Of a stretch of DNA of 64,000 bases, positions 39,159-49,480 are shown piece by piece. Source of the DNA: a bacterium (GTDB lineage: Bacteria; UBA8248); contig OZ241875.1 of NCBI GenBank assembly GCA_965203325.1, forward strand, positions 4,192,001 through 4,256,000, read 5' to 3'. Both the position numbers and the translations under genes were made by a program. Every line of letters starts with the position of its first letter. Within the stretch, counting starts at the first letter, position 1. The notes under the pieces were generated by a model. It was not told the DNA's origin. It made no database searches and worked only from the letters and a program-made list of their open reading frames with translations.

Positions 39159-42158
39159 ATGAAGAACATTGCACGGATCTCGATGCTGCCGGCGGCGGCG
39201 TTCTGCAGCGCGGTCCGGCGGCGTGAAGTGCGCCCGGCCGGGGCGCGCGAGCCGGCTCCCTCGACATCGGCGGGCTCCAGACGGCCTGACGCCCGCACCG
39301 GGCGCGGCCGCGCCCGCCGCCTCTCCCTCCTCCTCCCCGTCCTCGCGCTGCTGCTCGGCGCGCTCGGCCTGTTCGCCCCCGCGCCGGCGGAGGCGCAACG
39401 CGCCGGCCCGACTGTGACGGCAACCGCCGGGGACGCGAGCGTCAGGGTGAACTGGACCTTCACCGACACCGATCCCGCAGACTGGGAAATCGAGTACGGC
39501 GTGCATCCCAGCGGCTCGACCTCCACGGTGACGGAGTTTTCTTCGGGCGCCAGGTCGAGGACGATTACGGGCCTGACGAACGCTACGACCTACCGGTTTC
39601 GCGTGCGGGGAATAAACGCAAGACCCACCCAGTGGTCGGGCTGGGTCACGGCGACCCCGCAGGCCGCGACCCCCGGCGACCCCACGGGCGTGACGGTGAC
39701 GCCGGGGAATGCGCAGCTGTCGGTGTCGTGGACGGCGCCGTCGGGGACGGTGACGGGCTACGACGTGCACTACACGTCCTCGTCGACGGTTGCGGCGGGC
39801 GCGACGGTGCAGACCGTCTCGGCCGCGGCCGGCTGGCTGGCGCACCCCACCCGCACCGCCACCGACACCTCGACCTCGCAGACGATCTCGAGCCTGATGA
39901 ACGGCACGCCCTACCGGGTGCGGGTGCGGGCGAAGAACACCGCCGGCGACAGCGCCTGGGTGGTGAAGAGCGGCACGCCCAGCGCGCCCTCCGCCACGGC
40001 CGTCTGGTCGGCGACGCTTACGCCGCAGACGGTTACCGGTGGCGTTGGCTGTCTCACCAAGTCCCAATGCGATTCGCGACTCACCGACAACAGCTTCACA
40101 GTCGGCGGGACGGACTATCACTTTACTTTTCTCGTGGACTTCTCCGCCACGGGCCTTCAAGCGGCCTTCAATGCGGTTCCGAACGCTACGCTCCGGGCGC
40201 TCAAGTTTTGCGTGGGCACGACGGGGTATGAGATTGGCGCAGGGATTAGTCAGGCACTCTCCGCGTCCGCCATCGGCTGGTCCGCCGGCACCCCGGTCTC
40301 GCTGAGCATCGACACGTCCTGCACGGCGCAGATGACGCAATCCACGAACGCGAACCTGAGCGGTCTGACGGTGGGCAGCAGCACGAGTTCGGGCGGCCAG
40401 TACACGGATTTCAGCATCGGCACCTTCGGGGCGACGACGACGACCTACACGGCGTCGGTGGCGAACGACCAGACGCATGTGAAGCTGACGCCGACGGTGG
40501 CGGACACCGGCAAGGCGACGGTCGGGGTGCGCAAGGGCCAGGGCAGTTTCACGGCGGTGACGAGCGGCTCGGCGAGTTCGGCGATCGCGCTCGACGTGGG
40601 CGCGAACACGCTCACGGTGCGGGTGACGGCCGAGGACACGACGACGACCAAGGACTACACGGTCACCGTCACGCGGCGGCAGGCGCAGCAGACCCTGTCC
40701 ACGAACGCGGACCTGAGCGGCCTGACGGCGGGCAGCGCCACGAGTTCGACCGGCACGTTCACGAATTTCAGCATCGGCACCTTCGCGGCGACGACGACGA
40801 GCTACTCAGCGTCGGTGGCGAACGACCGGACGCATGTGAAGCTGACGCCGACGGTGGCGGACACCGGCAAGGCGACGGTGACGGTGGCCGGCAACGCGGT
40901 GAACAGCGGCTCGGCCAGCGGCCCCATCGCGCTTAGCGTGGGGGCCAACGCGATCACGGTGCGGGTGACGGCCGAGGACACGACGACGACCAAGGACTAC
41001 ACCGTCACCGTCACGCGGCAGGCGCTCCCGGCGAAGGTGACGACCGCCGTCTCCGGCACCATGACGGTCGGAGACGGAGGGAGCTGGAAGGGCTTTCGAG
41101 CCACACCAGTTGTTGGAGCGCTCTCTGACGCCGACTTCACCTACGGCGGGGTCGATTACAGGATCCTCGGTCTCCGGCTCGGAAACTCCGGCTATCTCGC
41201 CTTGCACCTGAACAAGGCCCTGGACCGCAATTGGGGCCTTGTGCTGAACGTTGGCGACAGCCGGTTCCGTATCGCGGATGCCGTTCTGTCCACGGGCCCG
41301 GGCTACGAGGGTGTAATAGCGGGCTGGTTCTATTCCAACCAGGGCGAAACGCCCCCGAGCTGGACCGTCGGCGACACCGTGCCGGTGAGCCTGGGGACGC
41401 TCACTTCCTCCACGGTGAAGCTCTCCGTCAGCCCGAACCCGGTGAACGAGGGCGCGTCGGCGAGCGTGGAGGCGTGCCTGTCGGCGGTGCCGCAGGGCAC
41501 CGTGCGCATTCCGGTGACGCTGAGCCACGGGACCTCGGAGGACGGCGACTGGGGGGTGTCGCTGACGGGCGACACGGACGGCCGCCTGCCGATCAGCACG
41601 GCGTACACCATCGCCATCAGCGGCTGGCTCCAGCGCGGCTGCGGCGTCGTCAACATCCCGACGCACCCGGACAGCGACGCCGACGACGAGACCTTCACGG
41701 TGGCGCTGGACACGGCCAGCCTGCCGCCGGGGGTGCGGGCGGGCAGCCCGGCCTCGGTGGTGGTGAGGATCAAGGACCTCACCGACTTGCCGGAGGTGAC
41801 GCTGCGGGCGGTGCGCCGCACGGTGGCCGAGGGTTCGCCGGTGGAGTTGCAGGTGGCCCTGACGGAGCCGCTGGCGACCGACGTGGCGATCCCGCTCAGG
41901 GTGAGGTGGGTCACGTCGGAGACGGCCGACCACGGGTTCGTCAGGAGCATCACGATCGCCGCCGGCGCGACGAGCGGGTCGGGCACGATCAGGACCTACG
42001 AGGACGACGACACGGACGACGAGCGCTTCCAGGTAGCGGTGATCCAGCCGGACCTGCCGGAGGGCGTGGCGCCGGGCTCACCGTCCACGGTCGGGATCAC
42101 GATCGTCGACGCGGCGAACGCCCGGCTGCGGGCGCTTGACTTGAATTCCGGCAATTAA
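39159..42158 (+). CDS. Secreted surface protein: 2x fibronectin III, 2x cadherin-like beta-sandwich, Calx-beta-like domains
   Basis: Extended signal peptide ending APAEA; FN3 motifs (GLTNATTYRFRVR, LMNGTPYRVRVRA); TNANLSGL...VRVTAED...YTVTVTR repeats; DSDADDETFTV. Confidence 0.85.
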   Translation: MKNIARISMLPAAAFCSAVRRREVRPAGAREPAPSTSAGSRRPDARTGRGRARRLSLLLPVLALLLGALGLFAPAPAEAQRAGPTVTATAGDASVRVNWTFTDTDPADWEIEYGVHPSGSTSTVTEFSSGARSRTITGLTNATTYRFRVRGINARPTQWSGWVTATPQAATPGDPTGVTVTPGNAQLSVSWTAPSGTVTGYDVHYTSSSTVAAGATVQTVSAAAGWLAHPTRTATDTSTSQTISSLMNGTPYRVRVRAKNTAGDSAWVVKSGTPSAPSATAVWSATLTPQTVTGGVGCLTKSQCDSRLTDNSFTVGGTDYHFTFLVDFSATGLQAAFNAVPNATLRALKFCVGTTGYEIGAGISQALSASAIGWSAGTPVSLSIDTSCTAQMTQSTNANLSGLTVGSSTSSGGQYTDFSIGTFGATTTTYTASVANDQTHVKLTPTVADTGKATVGVRKGQGSFTAVTSGSASSAIALDVGANTLTVRVTAEDTTTTKDYTVTVTRRQAQQTLSTNADLSGLTAGSATSSTGTFTNFSIGTFAATTTSYSASVANDRTHVKLTPTVADTGKATVTVAGNAVNSGSASGPIALSVGANAITVRVTAEDTTTTKDYTVTVTRQALPAKVTTAVSGTMTVGDGGSWKGFRATPVVGALSDADFTYGGVDYRILGLRLGNSGYLALHLNKALDRNWGLVLNVGDSRFRIADAVLSTGPGYEGVIAGWFYSNQGETPPSWTVGDTVPVSLGTLTSSTVKLSVSPNPVNEGASASVEACLSAVPQGTVRIPVTLSHGTSEDGDWGVSLTGDTDGRLPISTAYTIAISGWLQRGCGVVNIPTHPDSDADDETFTVALDTASLPPGVRAGSPASVVVRIKDLTDLPEVTLRAVRRTVAEGSPVELQVALTEPLATDVAIPLRVRWVTSETADHGFVRSITIAAGATSGSGTIRTYEDDDTDDERFQVAVIQPDLPEGVAPGSPSTVGITIVDAANARLRALDLNSGN
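40341..41020 (+). repeat. Tandem internal duplication (two cadherin-like domains, ~340 bp each)
   Basis: tccacgaacgcg(a/g)acctgagcgg at 40341 and 40698, with near-identical downstream blocks. Confidence 0.85.
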
Positions 42159-42172
42159 GGGGGGCATGTCCG

Positions 42173-44593
42173 ATGAAGAAGATTGTACGGATTGCGGTGC
42201 TGCTGTCGGCGGCGTTGTGCATGGCGACGGGCGCCGGGGCCGGGCAGGTGAGCCTGGACGGTGCGTTCGACCCGGACCGCGCGACCTACAGCGCGACGGT
42301 GGCCCACGACGTGACCGAGGTCACGGTGAACGCGAGCCCCGAGAACCCGAATGCGCGGGTGACGGTGAACGGCGGCGACCCCGCGACGCCGGTGGCGCTG
42401 GCCGTGGGGAAGAATACCATCGTGGTGGTGGTGACGGCGCCGGACGCGCGCTACACGCGCACCTACACGGTGACGGTGACGCGCGAGGCGGCGCCGGAGC
42501 CGGCGCGGCAGCAGGTGGCGCAGCAGCAGGCGTCGGAGCCGCTGACGGCGGCGTTCGAGGGAGCGCCGGAAGAGCATGACGGCAAGGCGGCGTTGGCGCT
42601 GGAGGTGCGTTTCAGCGAGGCGCTGGGCGAGACCGCGAGCGCTCCGGCCGCGGCCTCTTTCGCCGTGACGGGCGGCAGGGTCAAGCAGGTGCGGAAGGTG
42701 GCGTCCGGCCTGTGGCGGGTGCGCGTCGCGCCGAAGTCGTGGAAGGACGTGACGGTGACGCTGGCGGGCGGGCGCGCCTGCGGCGCGGCGGGCGCGGTGT
42801 GCACGGCCGACGGGAGGGCGCTCACGAACACGTCGAGTATGACCATAGGCGGCCCGGTGCGCATCCGGGTCGCGGACGCGCGGGGGAAGGAAGGCAAGGA
42901 CGCATCGCTGGACTTCGCGGTGACGCTGAGCCGCGCGGCGTCGGGGCCGGTCTCGGTGGACTACGCGACCGAGGACGGCACGGCGGCGGCGGGGGCGGAC
43001 TACACGGCCACGTCGGGCACCCTGACCTTCGCGGTGGGCGAGACGGCGAAGACGGTCTCGGTGCCGCTGCTCGACGACGCCATCGACGAGGGCAAGGAGA
43101 CGTTCAAGCTCAAGCTGTCGAACCCCCGGGGGGCGTATCTGCGGGGGATTCACCGCCAGGCGAAGGGGGTGATCCGCAACGACGACCCGCTGCAAAGGAT
43201 GTGGCTCGCGCGGTTCGGGCGCACGGCGGCGGGCCACGTCGCCGGGGCGATTGACGGACGCCTTTCGGGCGGCGCCGCCGCGGGCGTCGTGCTGGGCGGC
43301 CACAGCCTCTCAGGCAAGGCGGAGCGCGAGGCCATCGAGTCGCGCCTCGCCGAGGCCCTGCTCAAGGAGAGGGAGGCCCGGCTCGGGCGCGGCGAGGAGG
43401 CGCAGGCATCCCCGGTGCGCGAGGTCGCGATGTCCGATCTCCTGCTCGCGAGTTCGTTTCACATGGCCTCGGCGGAGAAGGTGGACGCCGGCTCGCGCTG
43501 GTCGCTGTGGGGCCGGGGCGCGCGCTCCTCGTTCGAGGGCGCCGAGGGCGATCTCTCGCTGGATGGCGACGTGACGACGGCGACCGTGGGCTTCGACTAC
43601 GAGCGCGCGCGCTGGCTGGTGGGCGTGGCGCTCTCGCGAAGCGCGGGCGACGGCTCGTACAAGGCGGGCGGCGCGTGCGATACGGGCTGCGCGGGCGAGG
43701 TGGAGAGCACGCTTACGGGTGTCTACCCCTACGCGCGCTACCGCGTGAGCGGGACGTTCTCGCTCTGGGGCGCTGTGGGCCACGGGCAGGGGGAGATGAC
43801 GCTCACGCCCGGGGGGTCGTCCCCGGTGGAGGCCGACGTGGCGATGGGCATGGCGGCGGCGGGGGCGCGCGGGGTCGTTCTGCCCGCGCGCGCGGCGGGC
43901 GGGTTCGAGCTCGCGCTCCGCGCGGACGTCCTGGTGACGAACACGCGCTCGGACGCCGCGGCGGGCCTTGCGGAGACCGACGCGGAGACGAGCCGCGTGC
44001 GCCTCGTGCTGGAGGGTTCGCGCTCGCTCAGGTTCGGCGATGCGGTGCTGACGCCCTCGCTGGAGATAGGGTTCCGGAACGATTCGGGCGACGCGGAGAC
44101 GGGCGGCGGGGTGGAGGCCGGCGGTTCGGTCCGCTGGACCTCGGGGGCCCTGACGACGGAGGTGCGCGCGCGCGGCCTGCTCTCCCACGGCGAGAGCGGT
44201 TATGAGGAATGGGGCGTGAGCGCCTCGGTGGCGTACGCTCCGGGCTCCGGGGGACGGGGCCTCACGCTTCGGGCGGGCTCCTCGTGGGGCGCCTCCGCCG
44301 GCGGTGCGGAGCGGCTCTGGTCGCAGGCGGCGGGCCTGGCGCCTGCCGGTGCGTTCGAGCCGGGCGGTGCGGGCTTCGAGGCCGAGGCGGCCTGGGGCCT
44401 GGACGCCCCCCGGGGGCTGCTGACGCCCTATACGGGCGTGGCGGTCTCGGGGAACGCGGAGACCTGGCGCGCGGGCGCGCGCTGGAAGCCCGGGGCGGCC
44501 ACGGAGGTGAGCCTCGAGGCGAGCCTCACCGAACAGGCCGGCGGCGGGAGACCCGAAGGCGGCCTCCTGCTCAGAGGCTCGAAGCGGTGGTAG
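42173..44593 (+). CDS. Autotransporter-type outer-membrane protein with partial cadherin-like and Calx-beta domains
   Basis: Signal peptide; VDYATEDGTAAAGADY..DDAIDEGKETF (Calx-beta); WLARFGRT linker; barrel-like C-terminus ending in Trp. Confidence 0.82.
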   Translation: MKKIVRIAVLLSAALCMATGAGAGQVSLDGAFDPDRATYSATVAHDVTEVTVNASPENPNARVTVNGGDPATPVALAVGKNTIVVVVTAPDARYTRTYTVTVTREAAPEPARQQVAQQQASEPLTAAFEGAPEEHDGKAALALEVRFSEALGETASAPAAASFAVTGGRVKQVRKVASGLWRVRVAPKSWKDVTVTLAGGRACGAAGAVCTADGRALTNTSSMTIGGPVRIRVADARGKEGKDASLDFAVTLSRAASGPVSVDYATEDGTAAAGADYTATSGTLTFAVGETAKTVSVPLLDDAIDEGKETFKLKLSNPRGAYLRGIHRQAKGVIRNDDPLQRMWLARFGRTAAGHVAGAIDGRLSGGAAAGVVLGGHSLSGKAEREAIESRLAEALLKEREARLGRGEEAQASPVREVAMSDLLLASSFHMASAEKVDAGSRWSLWGRGARSSFEGAEGDLSLDGDVTTATVGFDYERARWLVGVALSRSAGDGSYKAGGACDTGCAGEVESTLTGVYPYARYRVSGTFSLWGAVGHGQGEMTLTPGGSSPVEADVAMGMAAAGARGVVLPARAAGGFELALRADVLVTNTRSDAAAGLAETDAETSRVRLVLEGSRSLRFGDAVLTPSLEIGFRNDSGDAETGGGVEAGGSVRWTSGALTTEVRARGLLSHGESGYEEWGVSASVAYAPGSGGRGLTLRAGSSWGASAGGAERLWSQAAGLAPAGAFEPGGAGFEAEAAWGLDAPRGLLTPYTGVAVSGNAETWRAGARWKPGAATEVSLEASLTEQAGGGRPEGGLLLRGSKRW

Positions 44594-45234
44594 GGGCGGA
44601 CCCGGGGGGTAGCGCAGGCCGTTCCTCCCGGCCCGCTTCATCGCGGTCCCCCTCCCGGCGGGAGGGGGCGCGCATCCCGCTCTCCCGCGTGGTTTCAGGC
44701 GGCGGGGTTTCCGGCGGTAGTAAAATCTCCTGATCCCGTTGATATCATCGAGAAGCATTCATTTCCCCGGGTCTCGTCCGGAATCCACCTTCCGCAGCAA
44801 GTAATCAAAACGCTAACGAGGGGAATCAAGCCTCTGCGCATCCCGGGGCATGCCTGCCGGATCATTGCGCCATTCCCCTCTTCGGGCCGGCCCGGACAGC
44901 CTGATCGCGGCAATACTCCGGCGCTCCGCCCGGGGCGTGATCGAGCCACTTCCGGCGTTCTTGTCCATGCGCGTCTCCCCTTTCGTCCCTTTCGCTCATC
45001 CCGGGTGCATACGGTAGTCCGCACCGCACGGAAATAAACTGAAAAACCGCCCGCTTGCAAGGGGTTTCGATATCCGCATTCCAGCGCCCGGGGGCCGGGG
45101 CGTTCATCGTGCGCCTCCCCCGGGCCCCGCACCGGCGAGAGGCCGAGCCGGGCCGTGATGGGGCGCGGGAGCCGGGCCGGAGAGGCCGGGCGGCGCCCGC
45201 GATCCCCTTTCTCACAATCCCGGAGGCGCGACCC

Positions 45235-45576
45235 ATGAGTAACCAAAATCCATCCCGCACCGCGAGGCTGCTCGTCCTGGCGGGACTTGGCCTGGCCCTC
45301 CTCGCCACGATTCTCCTTCTCGCGGCAGGCAGCGGCCTCCGCCACCTGGGGGCCGTCTGGGCCTGTTCGGCCCTCTGGTGCCTCCTCACAGCCCTCTCGT
45401 GCGTCCTGTGGCGGGGGTTCCGCCACGGGGACTGGTCCGCCTTCGCTCGCTACGAACTGCCCGACGGGAAAGAAGAGGATTTCGAGTGGTCCGCCCGCAC
45501 CGGACGCTACGCCTGGCGCCGCGACGTCGAGGAGGAGGAACTGTTCGGCCAGGACCCGGACGCACCCTTCCCGTAG
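45235..45576 (+). CDS. Small membrane protein
   Basis: GGAGG RBS, two hydrophobic helices. Confidence 0.55.
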   Translation: MSNQNPSRTARLLVLAGLGLALLATILLLAAGSGLRHLGAVWACSALWCLLTALSCVLWRGFRHGDWSAFARYELPDGKEEDFEWSARTGRYAWRRDVEEEELFGQDPDAPFP

Positions 45577-45763
45577 AAGGCCCAAGCCGAACGAAGACTC
45601 TCCTGAACGAACGGACCGCCTTCTTTCCCGCCGGCGGTGGCTCTGCGCCACCGGGAGGCGGAGTCCGACCGGGAGGGGGCGGCGGAGGGGAGCCGGGAGG
45701 GAGTCTTCTCGCGTTCGAGGCTCGCCTCCGCCGCCATCATCCACCCACCCAAGGAGGCGCGCG

Positions 45764-46060
45764 ATGCGAAAACCCGGACCCGAAGCGAGTACTTTCCTCA
45801 CCCACCTGTTCGGCCGAGGCCTTGAGGACGAACGCTACGAAGTGAAACGCTACAAGTCCGCCGATGGCGACATCAGGCCCGTGCCCGACAGGGAGAGCGG
45901 GAGGCGCAAGAAGAAGAGAGCGACGGCCTCGCGGAAAGCCGTACGCGAGATGCGGCCCGCGCGGGACGAACTCATCGTCTGCACGGGGATCAGGATCCCC
46001 GGCAGCGGGCTGCAACTGTGGGGCGAGCACCTCGTGTGGGCCCGGATGCTGTGCCGGTGA
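45764..46060 (+). CDS. Hypothetical protein
   Basis: AAGGAGG RBS before MRKPGPEAS. Confidence 0.55.
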   Translation: MRKPGPEASTFLTHLFGRGLEDERYEVKRYKSADGDIRPVPDRESGRRKKKRATASRKAVREMRPARDELIVCTGIRIPGSGLQLWGEHLVWARMLCR

Positions 46061-46153
46061 GGAACTCCCCCCCGGGAGGACTTCCGCCCGCAAGCCGTCT
46101 CGCCGGCCCGGCGCCGGCCGCACGATTCCATCCACCCCAGGGAGGGAGGCGGG

Positions 46154-46960
46154 ATGCCCTACAAGGACCTGGAAAAGGCCCGAGCTTACGAGCGCGAGCG
46201 CCACCGCAAACGCACCGCCGACCGACTCGCGCGCGGCCTGTGCCCCCGGTGCGGAAAGATTCCTCCCGCGCCCGGGCGCAGTCTGTGCGAGCCCTGCGGA
46301 GAGAGGGATCGGGAGACCCGACGCGCCCGATACGCCGAAGCCCGAGCGGGGGGAGCCCCATATGGCGGCCGCTGCCCCGAGAGCCGCCGCCGCATGGCGC
46401 GCGAGAGGGCGAGGAAGCGCAGGCGCGAGCGGGTGGAGACCGGCTTGTGCCCGCGCTGCGGACGCGAGCCCGTCGAGGCCGGCGCCGTCTGCGAACCCTG
46501 CCGGGAGACGAGGCGCGCTGAAGAGCGGAAGCTCTACGCCGCCAAGAGAGCGAAAGGGCTTTGCGGACGGTGTGGTGCGGAAGTCGTCGATGAGGCTTCG
46601 ACGTGCGCTTCGTGCGCCGCAAAACAAGAAAAACGCCGGCCGCGCAAGAACACCGCGAGCCGGGCGCGCTATCGCGACAGGCGGGCACGGTCGGTTTGTG
46701 TCGACTGCGGCGCCCATGCGGACGCAGGGGTGAGATGTACTCCCTGCGCGCGCCGATCGTACCACTCCTCGGGAGAGCACAAGGGGATGCCCGTCTATCC
46801 GCCGCGCTTCACCGTGGTCGAACTAGCCACGGGCGAGGAGCACGGACCCTGGGACTCCTGGGAGGAGGTGGCCATGTGCCTCGCCTTCGAGAAGCTCTCC
46901 CGCGAGGAAGTGGAAGTCATCGAAGACGCACCGCTCATTGCGTCCATGACCGGTTGGTAG
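46154..46960 (+). CDS. Arg-rich protein with four CxxC...CxxC zinc-ribbon repeats
   Basis: GLCPRC..LCEPC, GLCPRC..VCEPC, GLCGRC..TCASC, VCVDC..RCTPC; GGAGG RBS. Confidence 0.75.
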   Translation: MPYKDLEKARAYERERHRKRTADRLARGLCPRCGKIPPAPGRSLCEPCGERDRETRRARYAEARAGGAPYGGRCPESRRRMARERARKRRRERVETGLCPRCGREPVEAGAVCEPCRETRRAEERKLYAAKRAKGLCGRCGAEVVDEASTCASCAAKQEKRRPRKNTASRARYRDRRARSVCVDCGAHADAGVRCTPCARRSYHSSGEHKGMPVYPPRFTVVELATGEEHGPWDSWEEVAMCLAFEKLSREEVEVIEDAPLIASMTGW

Positions 46961-46981
46961 TCGCCGTCCTCGCCACGCCCT

Positions 46982-47833
46982 TCATCCCGTGTCGACCTCG
47001 ATCAGCAGCCGGCAATGGTCGCTGGCGCCCCACTCATCCACGTCGTTGAGCGCGCGGACCCGCACCCTCTCGTGAAAACCCCGCGAGGCGAAGGCGTAGT
47101 CGAGCTGGCGGTCGGCTTCCGCCGGCGACCTGCCCGGGGGATAGTGCGTCGGGACGTTCCGCGTATCGGCCGGCACGTCGGGCGGGGGCGACGCCGCCTG
47201 CCTGCCGCCGGGCGCCTGCGGACCCAGGAACTCAAGTCCCAGCGCATCCATCCGCGCCCATACCGTGCGCTCGCGCACGGGCAGCGACAGGCTGTGGCCC
47301 GTCGCGCCGTAGAACATGTTCAGGTCGCCCGCGGCCAGGATGCGGTGCATGGATGGGTCGGTGTGGCCGATGAAGGCCGAGAGGTCCGAGATGATCCGGT
47401 GCGCCGAAACGTCGGAAGCGCCGACCCTGAACGGACTTCCTGTAGTAGGATGGGGCTTCATCCAGCGCGCGTACATCGAGACCGCCACGAACGCCTCCTC
47501 TTCGTCCTCACGCGGGACCACCCGCGCGGCGGCGATGGTGCCGATGCCGCTCACGCCGACGTCGCCCCCGCCGAGGTGGCTGATCGGGGGGACCTCGCGA
47601 AAGCGCTCGACCCGGACCCGGCCGGACAACCCGGCGATCAGACACCATCGGTCATAGAGGTGACGGCTCCAGAAAACGTCGTCCTCGCGGGGGAGCAGGT
47701 GCGCCAGGTCGCCAGGCGGGCTCCCGGCTTCCTGGAGCAGCGCGACGTCCGCCTCGTCCCGCCTCGCCATCCTCGCCAGTTCGCGCCACGGCTCCTGGCG
47801 CCTGGCGATATTCCAGCTCACGACCCTGATCAT
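46982..47833 (-). CDS. Endonuclease/exonuclease/phosphatase family protein
   Basis: VVSWNI, ALLQE, AGDLN, QLDYAF, SDH. Confidence 0.88.
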   Translation of the reverse strand: MIRVVSWNIARRQEPWRELARMARRDEADVALLQEAGSPPGDLAHLLPREDDVFWSRHLYDRWCLIAGLSGRVRVERFREVPPISHLGGGDVGVSGIGTIAAARVVPREDEEEAFVAVSMYARWMKPHPTTGSPFRVGASDVSAHRIISDLSAFIGHTDPSMHRILAAGDLNMFYGATGHSLSLPVRERTVWARMDALGLEFLGPQAPGGRQAASPPPDVPADTRNVPTHYPPGRSPAEADRQLDYAFASRGFHERVRVRALNDVDEWGASDHCRLLIEVDTG

Positions 47834-47945
47834 CCCGGAAACCTCCTCTCCACGCCCGCCGGGGTACGTACGGCCGGCCCGCCGCCGGGGGGCAGACCCG
47901 GCCGGGGGGAGGGTTTACGCCGCCCTGCTGCGCAGCCGGCCGGTT

Positions 47946-48308
47946 TCAGTCCGACACGGGGAGCCACCACCACAACAGCCAGGCCGGGAGACTGAGAACG
48001 ACCGCCCAGGCGGCTATCGCGAGCGGGCCGGGGAGTCCCGCCACCAGGGGCGCCGTTACCGCTCCGAGCCCCGCCCACGTCGCCCAGGCGGCGCGGCGCC
48101 AACCCAGCCGCCATATCTGCCGGCAAGCCAGGGCGAGGGGCAACCCGCACGGCGCAAGCGTTGCCGCCGAGGAGGGCAGCATCGGCGTCCAGCCCTCGGG
48201 ATCCGCCCAGAAGCGCACGGCGGCGGTCACGACTGCCCCGACAGGCAGCCACAAGAGCGCGAGCGGCCAGAAGCCGCGCCGTCTGTGCTGCTCCCCTTCG
48301 ATGAGCAT
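47946..48308 (-). CDS. Small membrane protein
   Basis: Four hydrophobic Trp/Ala/Leu-rich segments. Confidence 0.5.
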   Translation of the reverse strand: MLIEGEQHRRRGFWPLALLWLPVGAVVTAAVRFWADPEGWTPMLPSSAATLAPCGLPLALACRQIWRLGWRRAAWATWAGLGAVTAPLVAGLPGPLAIAAWAVVLSLPAWLLWWWLPVSD

Positions 48309-48493
48309 GTCCCATCTGACCCGAATCCCGAGGCGGGCGCAAGTCCGGCATGGCCGGCGGGCGGTCCCCATCGGCTATGAACCTCCCTGGGAGAGGTGGA
48401 GCGAAGCTCGGGGCCGGGCAAAGGCCCGGCAGGGGAGAGGGAGACGGTATCCAGCTCCCGCCGCCGGGGACAACCCTGACAGGAGGCTTGGCC

Positions 48494-48625
48494 ATGTACG
48501 AGAACGACTTCGACATCGACGTTCCCACCACGGACGAACTGCTCGCAGAACTCGGACTCGACGCGTACACGATCCGCAAGATTCGCGACGAGGCGGGGGG
48601 CGAGGAAGAGTTTTGTAGCGTGTAG
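48494..48625 (+). CDS. Small acidic protein (43 aa)
   Basis: AGGAGG RBS; MYENDFDIDVPTTDELLAELGLD... Confidence 0.55.
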   Translation: MYENDFDIDVPTTDELLAELGLDAYTIRKIRDEAGGEEEFCSV

Positions 48626-48703
48626 GGCAAACCGGGGGGGTGGAGAGAAAGGCTCTCTCCCTCCCAACACTTTTTCTCACTCACACCACGAAGGAGAATC
48701 ATC

Positions 48704-49144
48704 ATGGCATTCGGACTCAACCGCGCGGAACTGATCGGGCGTCTCGGCGCCGACGTCACCGTCAACCATCTCACGAGCGGCGGCCGCGTCGCCAACCTGT
48801 CCATCGCAACTGATGAGGGCTACGTCGACAAGCAGAGCGGCGAGCGGGTGGACAAGACCGAGTGGCACCGGGTCGTGACCTTCCAGCCCGGCCTGGTGGA
48901 CATGTTCGAAAAGCACGCGAAGAAGGGCCGCCTGGTCTACGTGGCGGGCAAGCTGCAGACCCGCCGCTGGAAGAAGGACGGGGAAGACTCCGATCGCTTC
49001 TCCACCGAGATCCTGATCGCCCCGGGCGGACGCGTGCAGTTCCTCGACAAGGTGAACGGGAACGGCAATGGCAACGGAAACGGCGCGCACGCCGAGACGA
49101 CGGCGGTGGCGGCTGGCGTTGTGGGGGAAGACATCCCGTTTTGA
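48704..49144 (+). CDS. ssb: Single-stranded DNA-binding protein (mobile-element type)
   Basis: LIGRLGAD, TEWHRVV, GKLQTRRW, C-terminal DIPF. Confidence 0.93.
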   Translation: MAFGLNRAELIGRLGADVTVNHLTSGGRVANLSIATDEGYVDKQSGERVDKTEWHRVVTFQPGLVDMFEKHAKKGRLVYVAGKLQTRRWKKDGEDSDRFSTEILIAPGGRVQFLDKVNGNGNGNGNGAHAETTAVAAGVVGEDIPF

Positions 49145-49151
49145 GCGCTTC

Positions 49152-49186
49152 AAGGGCCGGCGCCTCGCGCGTCGGCCCTTTTTTTC
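49152..49186 (+). terminator. Rho-independent terminator after ssb
   Basis: aagggccggcg...cgtcggcccttttttt. Confidence 0.75.
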
Positions 49187-49480
49187 TGCTCCTTATCCAG
49201 AGGAAGTCCGCCCTGCCGGCTCTCACATCTACCGGGAACACCCGGTAAATCTCCGGTTCCGTGAACGATGAACCATGTTCACGGAAGTCGGCATGCGCCT
49301 GCAATCATCCCGTATTCAAGACAGTGGCTCGGTCCACCCCCCGCTGCGGGAATTTCGGGCCGGAAAAACGGCCCGAAATGACCCTTTCCGCAGCATGAGA
49401 GATTGTTTCCCGATGAGCTTCGCCTTCATCGTGAAACACCCAGAAACTCTTGTGTCCCGGTGGCGGTACTACCCTCTCTC

